NCBI GenBank assembly: GCA_965223335.1
Contig: OZ244991.1
Span: 2,336,001-2,400,000 of the forward strand
DNA length: 64,000 nucleotides
Origin: Thermodesulfobacteriota bacterium
GTDB taxonomy: Bacteria > Desulfobacterota_D > UBA1144 > Nemesobacterales > UBA2774
Direction of reading: 5' to 3'
The notes under the pieces are model-generated. The model was not told the DNA's origin and did no database searches. It worked only from the letters and a program-made list of their open reading frames with translations. Both the position numbers and the translations under genes were made by a program. This document shows, one piece after another, positions 10,944 to 21,691 of the stretch (position 1 is its first letter; each line of letters starts with the position of its first letter).

Positions 10944-11384
10944 TTACCTCAAAAACACATATGTATTCTCTTTAACCCCTAGCCCCATCTCCACTACAAG
11001 AAACAGAGCATTATTCCTACCCAACACCCTACATTTATGCCCCGTACCATTAGTATCCTCTATCATTATGGCGCTGCCGTTTTCAAACAGCCTCTTTTCT
11101 CCGCTGCCCGCTTTCACTTCCCATTGTCCCGACAACACGATTTTCAAACACTTACCATCAGGCAGGTGCCATTCACTTATCCAGCCCGCAGGCACCGACA
11201 AAAACCTACACCCCCCACTCTTCATAAGCGTCGAGCTGCTTACTTTTCTCGACAGGTCACAGCACCTCATAGGCTCAAGCTCTACATACACATCCTCAAA
11301 ATGACTCTTGCCATTCTCATCCGCATACAGCCTTGTGTATTTAGTTATCCCCAACGTATCCAAATCACACATCAAATCCGCCAT
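10944..11384 (-). CDS. cupin domain protein
   Basis: YTRLYADENGKSHFED, WH, EDTNGTGH; start uncertain. Confidence 0.75.
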   Translation of the reverse strand: MADLMCDLDTLGITKYTRLYADENGKSHFEDVYVELEPMRCCDLSRKVSSSTLMKSGGCRFLSVPAGWISEWHLPDGKCLKIVLSGQWEVKAGSGEKRLFENGSAIMIEDTNGTGHKCRVLGRNNALFLVVEMGLGVKENTYVFLR

Positions 11385-11821
11385 TTTTTCGACAGCAAAT
11401 CTCCTTTGCCTGTACGAAACATGTATATACACAAACCATAAAACATATGTGATAGGGTTTAGAATCTAGGAATTTGAATTAGTTAAGGACCCCTCTCCTC
11501 AACTACTCGAATCTACAGGCATATGCAATCTCTCCACGAGTACGATACATCACATATGTATAATCGAAGCTCAATAATAGCTTAATATTTTTTCAGTTAA
11601 TAAGTCAAGTACTACATATATTCCTACATTTTATCATTATGTAAGCGCCATAAATCATTAACATATTACACCTGTAATAAATACTTACATAAATGCTTAA
11701 TCGCCAATATATGAAAAACATGCAATTGGTGTATATTTATATACAAAGAATTGTTGCAACAAACATCCGCTAACTAGCTCTAATCAAATAATTTTCAGAC
11801 TACTTTCGGACACAGTCACGT

Positions 11822-12568
11822 ATGATTAATAAAAAAGAGCTCTACATACCCCTATTCGTAGCAGCCCTGCTCGTGCTAATCCCCCTATGGTTTCTCCTTA
11901 ACTACACGGGCCCGTTCTTGCATAACTACAAACTGTCTAATCGGGGCATAGAATCAACTGCAACCGTCATAAATAAAGGCGTTCTGAACGGTGACGAACT
12001 CCTAAAACCCCGTAGCACAATACCATCAGACCATCATTTTATATATGTATCGTACAATAGCGGCGGTCGTTATGATAAGAAATGCAAGCTCGGCGTATCC
12101 AAATCCACTTACGACGCACTTGAGAAGCATGACCAACTCCAAGTCGTCTACCTAAAGGAGTCTCCCGAGAACTGCACCCTCCCCTATAGCATCGACTTAA
12201 ACTTTAAACTAGGTTTAGTCCTGCTTGGAATCTCTGCTCTTTTTCTATTATTAGCCGCGGGATTTATCAACTACATATGGCGTTCTTTTAGAAAAACCTC
12301 ACCCGGCAGCGAAGTCAAACCCACATCCGACCTCGGCCTTGAAGGCAAAATCCCCTCCTGCCCCCGCTGCGGCAACCCCATGACCGAAGGCTACCTGCCG
12401 ACAGTTGGCGGCGTCACATGGCGCGACCGCACCGATCCCATCGGCATCCCCTCAATGTTCACCGGTCTCCCCGGCACCACGCACAAGATCAAACGCCCCG
12501 CCCTACACGCCTTTCACTGCAAACCCTGCCAGATCATCACCTTCGCCTACGGCGACAACAAAAACTAG
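11822..12568 (+). CDS. membrane protein: DUF3592-like domain plus C-terminal zinc ribbon
   Basis: two TMs flanking a soluble domain; CPRCG..MTEG and CKPC. Confidence 0.7.
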   Translation: MINKKELYIPLFVAALLVLIPLWFLLNYTGPFLHNYKLSNRGIESTATVINKGVLNGDELLKPRSTIPSDHHFIYVSYNSGGRYDKKCKLGVSKSTYDALEKHDQLQVVYLKESPENCTLPYSIDLNFKLGLVLLGISALFLLLAAGFINYIWRSFRKTSPGSEVKPTSDLGLEGKIPSCPRCGNPMTEGYLPTVGGVTWRDRTDPIGIPSMFTGLPGTTHKIKRPALHAFHCKPCQIITFAYGDNKN

Positions 12569-13330
12569 CACCTTACATCTGCACGAATATTATTTGGTCT
12601 TTTGGTTTTCCACTATGGGATCCCTAGATCCCAATCCGACATCCACATAAACGGCGTTAAGAAAATCGTTTGATGAAGCGTTAAGAGTGATATGGGGGAT
12701 GTGGTGGGATCATATTACTTAGCTGAAGCAAACTATTTTTAGCACGTTTATGTGCAGTCGGCGATTTTTGCGTACTTTTCATTGCGGTCCCCATCATATC
12801 AAGGGGTCTGTCCCGCTTTACCCGTGGACTGACCCCCTTTTTTGTAACCTTTCGTCTTTCGCCTTTCCCCTAATAGTGTGAAAGACACCAGTCCGACATT
12901 CAGCTATTAGCGTAAAGAAAATAGCGCAATGGAATCGTAAATTGGTTTTCGGGGCCGGGGCGGGATAAAAATCAATTAGATGGAGTTAGCTATTTTTAGC
13001 TAATCGCTGTCAGTCGGTGACTGTTGGCTACTTTTGGTCAAGCAAAAGTAGCAGTAGAAAATAATATAAGTATCTGTCTACGAAGATTACATCCGGAATT
13101 GCTAAACCGTAGTTTTTCCCCCTATGAGACCGTAGATCCCAGTCCGACATCAGAGATATAAAAAAGGGGTCTGTCCCGCCTTACCCGTGGACTCACCCCG
13201 TTGTATGGGAAAAGGGGCCTGTCCCCGCAACTGGCTAATGTTGATCAAGCACAAGCAGCAAATTAAACTGGTATTAATTATCGGCCTGGCAATATGGAAG
13301 CCCTAGAGCAAATAAACTCCCGCTACTACC
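12569..13330 (+). repeat. mosaic cluster: family A delta (12616-12790), B, A alpha (12874-13053), partial gamma, B
   Basis: shared modules. Confidence 0.85.
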
Positions 13331-13573
13331 TTATAAAAGAGGCGCCCAAGCCCCGCGCACGACATGTGACAGAACATGTTTGTATTTTGCCTATCCCATT
13401 TGGTGTCGCAGATACTATCCCCGCCACATACGAATATTGCGTAATAGTTACCATTATATATTAATAGATATCAGCCTATTAGCTTGACTCCGAGCACCAT
13501 CACCCACATACTTATATAGACTATTTTATATATACAGATAATACAACGTCCGATACATACAGGGAGAAAGGAG

Positions 13574-16500
13574 ATGAACAACCATATTAATGGCCGGTCA
13601 ATACTAAGACCTTTTTTTATCTTTAGTCTAGCATTCGCAAGCATTTTACTTTTACTCGCCACACCCCAACTCGCAAACGCCCAGTGCACTGTTACCCAGC
13701 TCACTTTTACCACTGCAGGCGAGAACAAAGAACCCGACATCAATGCAAACGCCACAAACATTGCTTTTCAGTCCACATCCGATCTCACGGGCGGCAATCC
13801 CGACGGCAACTCCGAGATATTCCTCTGGACCCAGGGCAACGTCCCCCCTATCACTCAGATAACCAACACCACAGTAGGCCAGAGCACCATCTCCTCTGTT
13901 AACATCGACGCCACTATCGTTGCCTTTCAATCCACTGCCGACTTCACCGGTGCCAATCCCGACGGCAACTCCGAGATATTTCTCTGGACCCAGGGCAACG
14001 TCCCCCCTATCACTCAGATAACCAACACCTCCGGAGCCGGTGTTTTCAATTCATTCCCCACACTCAGCTCCGCCGGCAACAGGATCGCCTTTGAATCCAA
14101 TGCCGATTTCACCGGCCAAAACCCCGACGGCAACAACGAGATATTCCTATGGGACTCTACTACCGGGATCTCCCAGATCACCAACACCTCAGGCCCGGGC
14201 GTTGTAAATCTAGCCCCTACAATTGACGCTGACGGTACCGTAATAGCCTTTGAATCCAATGCAGATATACTCGGCACAAATCCCGATGGCAATTTCGAGA
14301 TCTATCGTTGGACAGAGGGTGCATTACCGCCATTCCTTCAAATCACAAACTCCACATTTGGAGACAACTTAGACCCCTCTACAAACTCAGACGGTTCACG
14401 CATCGCTTGGGAATCCACAGCTGATCTCACGGGTGAAAACCCCGACGGCAACAACGAGATCTTCCATTGGTCCGAGGGCGTAATACCGCCAATCTTACAG
14501 ATCACTAGTGACGACAATGTTAACAGCTTTTTGCCCTCTCTTAATGCAGACGGTGCTCGTATGGCATTTTACTCTGACGCCCACATCTCTGTTACTTCTG
14601 ATTCCAACTTCGAAATCTTTCGATGGGACATATTAACCGGTCTTATCAAAATCACACGAGACAAAAAGAAACAGGGCAACAGCATTCTCCCCTCCATAGA
14701 CGCTAGCGGCAATAATATAGCTTTTCAGTCCGACTCCGATGTCACCGGTGTCAACCCCGACCTCAACAACGAGATCTTCATCACTCGCTGTACAGGCGAC
14801 GTCGGAGCACAGGTAGACCTATCTATCACCAAAACCCATGTCCCCGAATTCCCCGAAGTCGGTGTTCCCTTCGACTACAGCATATTTATCACCAATTTCG
14901 GTTTAACCACCGCCACCGGCGTAGTATTTAGAGATACTCTTCCCGAAGGTTTCGTATTTAACTCCGCGACCACAGCCGATGCCCCCTCGCCTTGCACAAA
15001 TGACCACGAACTTGTCACATGCGGTATGTACAATCTCCCGGTCGGCGAACTCCAATCAATCACCATTAACGTCACACCCACTTTAACGGGTACCGATGCC
15101 AACCTCGTAAACGTCCAGTCTATCGAGTCCGACTTAAACACGTCTAACAACTTTGACACAGACGTCACAACCGTAGTCGATTCCATAGAACCCCCACCTG
15201 TGATCTCAGCCGATCTAACCATTACCAAAACAGCCTCTTCCGAACCCGTCATTTTGGGTGACGATGTCGTCTACACACTCATCGTATCCAACTTCGGGCC
15301 AGACGATGCCACCAACGCCATAGTCGACGATGTGCTACCTGCCAGTTTCTCTCTCGTATCCGTAAGCTCGAGCCAGGGCGGTTGCACCGCGTTACCCTGC
15401 AATCTAGGCACACTTACCGCTGGGCAAATCGAATTCGTAACACTCACTGCTACCCCTTCCGAACTCGGCATATTCATTAACACCGCCCAAGTCTCTGCCG
15501 ACCAACAAGACCCCAATGGCACCAATAACGTTGGCGCAACCGTCACTACGGTTGAAGAAACGCCTATCATTGGACCACCCCAGGCAGAACTCTACGTGGT
15601 CCAGAGCGACTTCCCCGACCCCGTACAAGTGAATGACACCCTTACATACACAGTGTTTATCTCCAACATCGGCCCCGCCAACGCAGACAATGTAGTGCTT
15701 AAAGACACTATTGCGTCCACAGCCGCTTTTGTATCGGCCACTGCCGATTCCGGCGCCCCGTGCAGCCATGTAAACAGCCTTATCACTTGTAATATCACTC
15801 AGATCCCTAGCGGCGATACCGAACGCGTAGTCATTAAAGTCACTCCGACGGTAACAGGTACTATTGCCAACAAGGCCGAGGTCTCTGCCGACGAAAACGA
15901 CCCCCAAGCGTTTAGCAATGTATCCATCGAAACCACTACGGTTATCGACACCGCGCCCCCAGTCATCATAACGGGTGCCGACATTGCGATAACCAAGAGC
16001 GACTCCCCCGACCCTGTTGTCGTAGACAACGAACTCACATATATATTAGTAGCCACCAATAACGGCCCCGAACAGGCCACAGGTGTTGTAGTTACCGACA
16101 CTCTACTCGACAACACTACATTCGTATCCGCAACCTCAGACCAAACCACATGCACTCACGACACTGGTGTTGTCACATGCAACCTTGGGGTTCTTACACC
16201 TGGCGACATCTCCCAAACGGTTATAGTCGTAAAACCAACTGTCACCGGAGCTATCACAAACATAGCTAGAATCGTCGGCAACGAAGACGACCCCGAGACC
16301 TCCAACAACCTCGTCTCCCAGGTCACTACCGTTAGCCCCAAATCCATAGTACCACCTCCCGGAGGCGGTGGAGGTGGGGGTGAAACTCCGCCCAGCACCG
16401 ATCTTTTTGTTATCAAATCCGGCTCACCCGATCCCACCATAGCAGGCGAGACGCTAACTTACTCCGTGCTTATAGGTAACAACGGTCCCCAGCAGGCCAC

Positions 16501-16951
16501 CAATGTTACAATGACCGACACACTACCACCCGGAGTAGATTTTGTATCGGTAAAAACCAGCCGCGGCAGCTGCAGCGAGTCCGGTGGTACTGTGATCTGC
16601 GAGATTGGCAATATAAACACTGTAAGCCAAGAATCACTTCTCACCTCGGTTGATATAACCGTCAGGCCACAAGCAAACGGTGCCATAGCAAACTATGCAC
16701 AGATAAGCGGAGGGCAAGTCGATCCCAACACCTCTAACAATATATCGCTTATTACTACCAATGTAGTCGGCGGCGGCGATCCCCGTCCCGGACCTCCCGG
16801 TGGTGGAGGCGGTGGCGGAAGCGGCGGCGGCAGTAAATCCTGCTCACTTGCAAGTGCACCTGTACCCCTGCCCCAAACAGCAGCCAACCTTGCACTGCTT
16901 CTAATACCGGTCTTGTTTATCGTCATCAGAGCCAGAAGATATAGAAAATAA
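13574..16951 (+). CDS. large surface protein: TolB/WD40-like propeller repeats + four DUF11 domains + Gly-rich/Cys CTERM anchor
   Basis: repeated IAFxSxAD..G.NPDGN.EIFLW; ADLxITK...N.GP..A..V...D.LP; GGGSKSCSLA-TM-RARRYRK. Confidence 0.9.
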   Translation: MNNHINGRSILRPFFIFSLAFASILLLLATPQLANAQCTVTQLTFTTAGENKEPDINANATNIAFQSTSDLTGGNPDGNSEIFLWTQGNVPPITQITNTTVGQSTISSVNIDATIVAFQSTADFTGANPDGNSEIFLWTQGNVPPITQITNTSGAGVFNSFPTLSSAGNRIAFESNADFTGQNPDGNNEIFLWDSTTGISQITNTSGPGVVNLAPTIDADGTVIAFESNADILGTNPDGNFEIYRWTEGALPPFLQITNSTFGDNLDPSTNSDGSRIAWESTADLTGENPDGNNEIFHWSEGVIPPILQITSDDNVNSFLPSLNADGARMAFYSDAHISVTSDSNFEIFRWDILTGLIKITRDKKKQGNSILPSIDASGNNIAFQSDSDVTGVNPDLNNEIFITRCTGDVGAQVDLSITKTHVPEFPEVGVPFDYSIFITNFGLTTATGVVFRDTLPEGFVFNSATTADAPSPCTNDHELVTCGMYNLPVGELQSITINVTPTLTGTDANLVNVQSIESDLNTSNNFDTDVTTVVDSIEPPPVISADLTITKTASSEPVILGDDVVYTLIVSNFGPDDATNAIVDDVLPASFSLVSVSSSQGGCTALPCNLGTLTAGQIEFVTLTATPSELGIFINTAQVSADQQDPNGTNNVGATVTTVEETPIIGPPQAELYVVQSDFPDPVQVNDTLTYTVFISNIGPANADNVVLKDTIASTAAFVSATADSGAPCSHVNSLITCNITQIPSGDTERVVIKVTPTVTGTIANKAEVSADENDPQAFSNVSIETTTVIDTAPPVIITGADIAITKSDSPDPVVVDNELTYILVATNNGPEQATGVVVTDTLLDNTTFVSATSDQTTCTHDTGVVTCNLGVLTPGDISQTVIVVKPTVTGAITNIARIVGNEDDPETSNNLVSQVTTVSPKSIVPPPGGGGGGGETPPSTDLFVIKSGSPDPTIAGETLTYSVLIGNNGPQQATNVTMTDTLPPGVDFVSVKTSRGSCSESGGTVICEIGNINTVSQESLLTSVDITVRPQANGAIANYAQISGGQVDPNTSNNISLITTNVVGGGDPRPGPPGGGGGGGSGGGSKSCSLASAPVPLPQTAANLALLLIPVLFIVIRARRYRK

Positions 16952-16962
16952 CACTCAATTCT

Positions 16963-17960
16963 CAAGGGGTTTGTCCCGATTTATCATGTGGACTGACCCC
17001 GTTGTATGGGAAAAGGGGTCTGTCCCTCAGTATCCGTGGACTGACCCCGACAAATAGGACAAATAGGGACGCACCCCTATTATAAGAAATATCCCCTTTT
17101 TCTTTCGCCGTTTTCCGACATGATGTCGCAGACCTCAGTCCCGACTTTACAGGCACATTACATGTGCACGAATATATTGTATCTTTCGCAGTTTCCCCTA
17201 TGGGATCTATGATCCCAATCCGACATTACGGCAATGGCGTATAGAAAATAAGCTCGAGAGGCGTTAAGAATGGATTTCGGGGCCGGGGTGGGATTAAATA
17301 CATTTAGCCTCAAGAGATTATTTTTAGCCATTTCCGTACAGTCGGTGATTTTTGCATACTTTTGATCAAGCAAAAGTATGAAGAAAAGATATTAAAAGTA
17401 TCAGTCTACTAAGATTATATCCGGAATAACCAAACCGTAGATTATCCCCTATGGGATCATAGATCCCAGTCCCGACATTAAGCGATTCGCGTGAAAATAA
17501 TTTGTGAGTACGGTGTTAAGAATGTATTTCGGGGATGTGGTTGGATAAATACATTTAACCGGACGATCAAATTATTAGCTAATCGCTGTCAGTCGGTGAT
17601 TTTTGCGCACTTTTCATCGTGGAAAAGTGCGATAGAAAAGATATAAAAAGTATCGTTCTACTATAAATAAATCCGGAATAGCTAAACCGTAGTTTTTTCA
17701 AAATGGTGTCGCAGACACCACCACGTCCCCATCTTATCCCTGCCTGCCGCTCATACACTACATTCGCTGGCGGTCCCTATCTTATCCCTGCCTGCCGCTC
17801 ATACACTACATTCGCTTGCGGTCCCTATCTTATCCCTGCCTGCCGCTCATACACTACATTCGCTTGCGGTCCCCATGTCTGGCTCAAGGGGTCTGTCCCT
17901 CTTTACTCGTGGACTGACCCCGCACTCACATGATTTGTTATGCCTGGGTCGCTAGACCCT
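16963..17960 (+). repeat. mosaic cluster: 2x B, A beta (17200-17380), A epsilon (17450-17631), 5' hairpin 17703, three 48-nt C units (17727-17876), B
   Basis: A starts at about 17200, 17450 and 17703. Confidence 0.9.
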
Positions 17961-18401
17961 GTCCCTTATCCCCTCCAGAGCCTCCAAATACAGCTCCGTA
18001 AAACTCTTCCACACCTCGTCGGTTATAAGTTCCTCGGCCCTCGTACGCACAATTTCCCGCTCCGAATCCTCTATCACCCCAAATTCCCGCTCATATAGGT
18101 AGACCGAGGCAAAACACGCTATCCTCTCTGGGCAGTTCTTAAAAATATCCAGCAGCATCCCCGTCGCACCCCCGTCCTCACAGTGGCCCATCACATACAC
18201 ACAGGCCTCCTGCCATAGGTACGGGCGGTCCAAAAACACCTTGCGCAGAGAAAACCACTCCAGTTCCGAGAGTCCATCGGCGATCTCTAGTCCCTCGCGA
18301 TACTCCCCGTCGTACCAGTCAAGCGCCGGGTGCGAGTTCCCGTTATATGTCGCGGCCTTAAGGTGCATATCCAACATCTCTATTCCCGATCTTTGGTCCA
18401 T
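17952..18401 (-). CDS. hypothetical helical protein
   Basis: 149-aa ORF downstream of the transglutaminase; stop lies in a repeat module. Confidence 0.6.
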   Translation of the reverse strand: MDQRSGIEMLDMHLKAATYNGNSHPALDWYDGEYREGLEIADGLSELEWFSLRKVFLDRPYLWQEACVYVMGHCEDGGATGMLLDIFKNCPERIACFASVYLYEREFGVIEDSEREIVRTRAEELITDEVWKSFTELYLEALEGIRDRV

Positions 18402-18461
18402 TTCGTCTTAATTATGCAGTATAATGCGTCCGATTTATAGGTCTTATTTAACGGATGGAGT

Positions 18462-19316
18462 CTAATCTACACGGCTTATATCTATGTTGTAATCGAGCGT
18501 GGCTCCCACATTGTTCCTTCTATACGATCCTGTCACGGGCGAGCCTTTCTCTGCCACGGGGCCACTGGCCACCGCAATGTGTGTGTCCGTTACCGCAAGC
18601 CCCAGCGTTGGATCATAACCGCGCCATCCCCCTCCCGGCAGATATACCTCGGCCCAGGCATGGAGGTTGTGCTCCTGCTCCGCACCATACCCCCACACAT
18701 AGCCGCTCACGAACCGTGCCGCGATCCCCACCCGCCTACACGCCTCTATGTATAGCATTGCAAAATCCCTACACGCCCCGGTTTTGCACGCGAGTGTTTC
18801 TTCGGGACCTAGTGGCATCCCGTCCTTGCGTTCCTTGTGCTCCAGATTCTCCTTTATATAACGCACGAGCACGGTTAAGTAATTCAGTATCAACCCGTCC
18901 GATTTCTTTTTCACTTCGTTTAAAAACTCCTGCATCAGCTCACCGGGATTATTTTCCCCACTACCCATGTATGGAGCCAAGATCCCCTCCAGCTCCCCCG
19001 GGTATACCATCGGCACCTTATGTCCCCCGCGGTCAGCCAAAATAAAATCAAACGGGTCCTCTTGAAGCGTCTCCACCTCAGAGCGGCTCTCTATTCTCAG
19101 CTCATCGTGAAGCCCCTCGAACCATAGCCACGCAGTATCGTTCCCCTCGGCATCCACACCCCACGACATCAACGACGGTTGTGGGTCAATGTCGATCTCA
19201 AAGCCCCAAAGCCTCTGTGTAGAGTCGCTTCGGGGCTTAAGCCTCAGCATATGCGGTTCTAAAAACACACTGTCCGTATAACTATAAATTGTCTCGTGTT
19301 TAACGCTCAGTCGCAA
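18462..19316 (-). CDS. transglutaminase family protein (N-terminal domain + catalytic core)
   Basis: GACRDFA, ARFVSGY, HAWAE, GYDPT triad motifs. Confidence 0.92.
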   Translation of the reverse strand: MRLSVKHETIYSYTDSVFLEPHMLRLKPRSDSTQRLWGFEIDIDPQPSLMSWGVDAEGNDTAWLWFEGLHDELRIESRSEVETLQEDPFDFILADRGGHKVPMVYPGELEGILAPYMGSGENNPGELMQEFLNEVKKKSDGLILNYLTVLVRYIKENLEHKERKDGMPLGPEETLACKTGACRDFAMLYIEACRRVGIAARFVSGYVWGYGAEQEHNLHAWAEVYLPGGGWRGYDPTLGLAVTDTHIAVASGPVAEKGSPVTGSYRRNNVGATLDYNIDISRVD

Positions 19317-19327
19317 TCCGCTACCAC

Positions 19328-20053
19328 CTATTTAAGTTTATTGAAGACCGCTTCCATCCACTGCTCGGGCAGCTCGCCGATTGCTTTTTTGATCGTATCC
19401 TGCCACCAGTCCGATATCCCCACCACACTCTTCATATCGTATCTGTGCTCCACAATCTGATACGTCCCCTCGCGGTAAAGCACCACGTCGATGGGAAAAT
19501 CCACGTCAATCGCACTCGTTCGCGTTGCATCGAACGCCAAGTACCCTATCTTAAGTGCCTTTTTCATCCCTACCTCATAGTTTAGCGCACGGTCGAGTAT
19601 GGGCTTACCGTATGAAGATTCCCCTATCAGGTAATACGGCGTGCCCTGCCCCACCTCTACCCAGTTCCCCTGCGGATAGATCAAGTAGAGCTTATGCTCC
19701 TTATCGTTCTCCAACTGCCCCCCGATAATGGAATAGAGATTAAACCTAAACCCCGCCTCCTCAAGCGGCTCCTTGTCCTCGTCGCCCACGCGCCTTACCT
19801 GCTCCGCAAATGCGTTTACGGCCTTGTATAATTTATCGAATTTTTGCGTATCCTCTTCGAGCACCTCGCCGAAATAGGTAAGTGCCTTATCCCTAACCGA
19901 TCTAAGCCCCGAGGTCATTAGAAACAGCGAATGCTTCCCGTACTGGTGCACTGTAACCTTCCTCGCTGTAATACACTCTGTACCCGTAGTCACCAGCGTG
20001 TCCGCAATCCCTACAAGCCCCTCCTCCACCTTCATTCCTATGCAAAACGTCAC
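19328..20053 (-). CDS. proteasome-type Ntn peptidase (Anbu)
   Basis: N-terminal Thr MTFCIG, IYPQGNW, IGESSYGKPILDR; operon context. Confidence 0.9.
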   Translation of the reverse strand: MTFCIGMKVEEGLVGIADTLVTTGTECITARKVTVHQYGKHSLFLMTSGLRSVRDKALTYFGEVLEEDTQKFDKLYKAVNAFAEQVRRVGDEDKEPLEEAGFRFNLYSIIGGQLENDKEHKLYLIYPQGNWVEVGQGTPYYLIGESSYGKPILDRALNYEVGMKKALKIGYLAFDATRTSAIDVDFPIDVVLYREGTYQIVEHRYDMKSVVGISDWWQDTIKKAIGELPEQWMEAVFNKLK

Positions 20054-21030
20054 TCAACACCTCCGGGTATCTGCTTGCCGTCTTTGGGCCGTACCACAAA
20101 AAACACATCCGCTATCAGTTCCCCGACCTCGTTCAGTTTGGTCTGCAGGTCGTCCAAATACTCATGCAATCCATTCAATATTATTTCCTCTATGCTTGCG
20201 TAATTCAGATCCGAGCGCAGCTTGCCCAGCGCCCTTTCAGCCTCGTTCCCAAACCCTCCCGGCGGTGTGTCGGTAATGGCGTGGAGCGATTCTTCTGCCC
20301 TTATTATACAGTAGTGTATAGCTCTCGGAAAATCCCGGTTGAGCATCAAAAACTCGGCCACACTGTCGGGCTCTATGCGCCTGTATTTCTTGCGATACAT
20401 ATCGAGTGCACTGGCCGAATTCAGCAGTGCAGCCCACTGAATATTATCTATCGGTGTTCCCACGTCCTCTGGGCTCGGCAGCAGTATGTAGTATTTCACG
20501 TCTATTATTCGCGAGGTCTTATCCGCCCTCTCTAGCATCCTACCCAGCCGCCCAAAGTGCCAGTCCTCGCCCCTGTACATAGTCGAGTCCGTAATACCCG
20601 AGAACAAGTGGCTCTCCATCTTGACACGTGTGAAAAAATCCTGCGGGTCATCCAGCACCCCCGGGTCCTCCGCCGCATCCACGACCATAAAATAGAATTT
20701 ATTTATCTGCTCCCACATCTCGGACGATATTATCTCTCTGATCGACCTTGCATTCTCCCTCACATGTGTGAGCGTAGAAATAATCGAGTTCGGGTTCTCC
20801 TTATCGAACGCCAGGAACTGCAGCACGTTATCCTTGGTAGCCTCGCCGTAGCGCTCCCCAAACATCTCATCGTCCCCTGTGGTTATGACGAGCGGCTCCC
20901 ACTGGCTCGCGACCTCTAACGGCAGGTCTAGCATCAGGTTTATGTTCACGTCCATAAAACGCGCCACATTCTCGGCCCGCTCAATGTACCGACTCATCCA
21001 ATAAATCGCATTAGCTACTCTACTCAACAT
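20050..21030 (-). CDS. alpha-E domain protein
   Basis: MLSRVA..YWMSRYIERAEN; GRMLERAD; PRAI. Confidence 0.92.
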   Translation of the reverse strand: MLSRVANAIYWMSRYIERAENVARFMDVNINLMLDLPLEVASQWEPLVITTGDDEMFGERYGEATKDNVLQFLAFDKENPNSIISTLTHVRENARSIREIISSEMWEQINKFYFMVVDAAEDPGVLDDPQDFFTRVKMESHLFSGITDSTMYRGEDWHFGRLGRMLERADKTSRIIDVKYYILLPSPEDVGTPIDNIQWAALLNSASALDMYRKKYRRIEPDSVAEFLMLNRDFPRAIHYCIIRAEESLHAITDTPPGGFGNEAERALGKLRSDLNYASIEEIILNGLHEYLDDLQTKLNEVGELIADVFFVVRPKDGKQIPGGVE

Positions 21031-21099
21031 GTGTATTGATACCCTTCTTAAATCAATCCTATTCAGTTATCTGTTTTTATGCAGTTTTCAGTTTCCATT

Positions 21100-21634
21100 A
21101 AGGGATCCCTAGATCCCATTCCCGACATTACGGCAATGGCGTATAGAAAATAAGCTTTTGAGGCGTAAAAAATGTATTTCGGGGCTGTGGGTTGGATAAA
21201 TACATTTAGCATCGAGAGATTATTTTTAGCCATTTCCGTACAGTCGGTGATTTTTGTGCACTTTTCATCAAGGAAAAGTGCGAAGTAGACAGAGAACAAG
21301 CATCGGTCTACCTATATATGATCTCGATATCAAATTAAGTCCCGGTCCTCCATTATTACGGGGTCCGTGACCCCTGACTTTTGGCTACTTTTGGTCAAGC
21401 ATAAGTAGCATATTGAATATGCTTTCATATCTTTTAGTTCGTTGCCTTTCCAAAATGGGATCGCAAATCCCAGTCCGACATTCAGTGATTCGCGTATAGA
21501 AAATAGCGCAACGTAGTCGTAAATTGGTTTTCGGGGATGTGGCGGGATAAAAACCAATTAGACGGAGTTAGCTGTTTTTAGCTAATCGCTGTCAGTCGGT
21601 GACTTTTGCATACTTTTGGTCAAGCAAAAGTATG
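21100..21634 (+). repeat. mosaic cluster: A beta (21100-21282), A alpha (21455-21634)
   Basis: shared modules, lying inside the operon. Confidence 0.85.
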
Positions 21635-21691
21635 AATAAAAAATGGTTTTATATCCTTTCTCCTTAAAATATTTTTACTCAACGTGAGTTA

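Noticed and set aside
13471..16965. Numerous minus-strand ORFs inside the 1125-aa gene (likewise inside other long CDSs)
   Set aside because: Antisense shadows with no independent motifs
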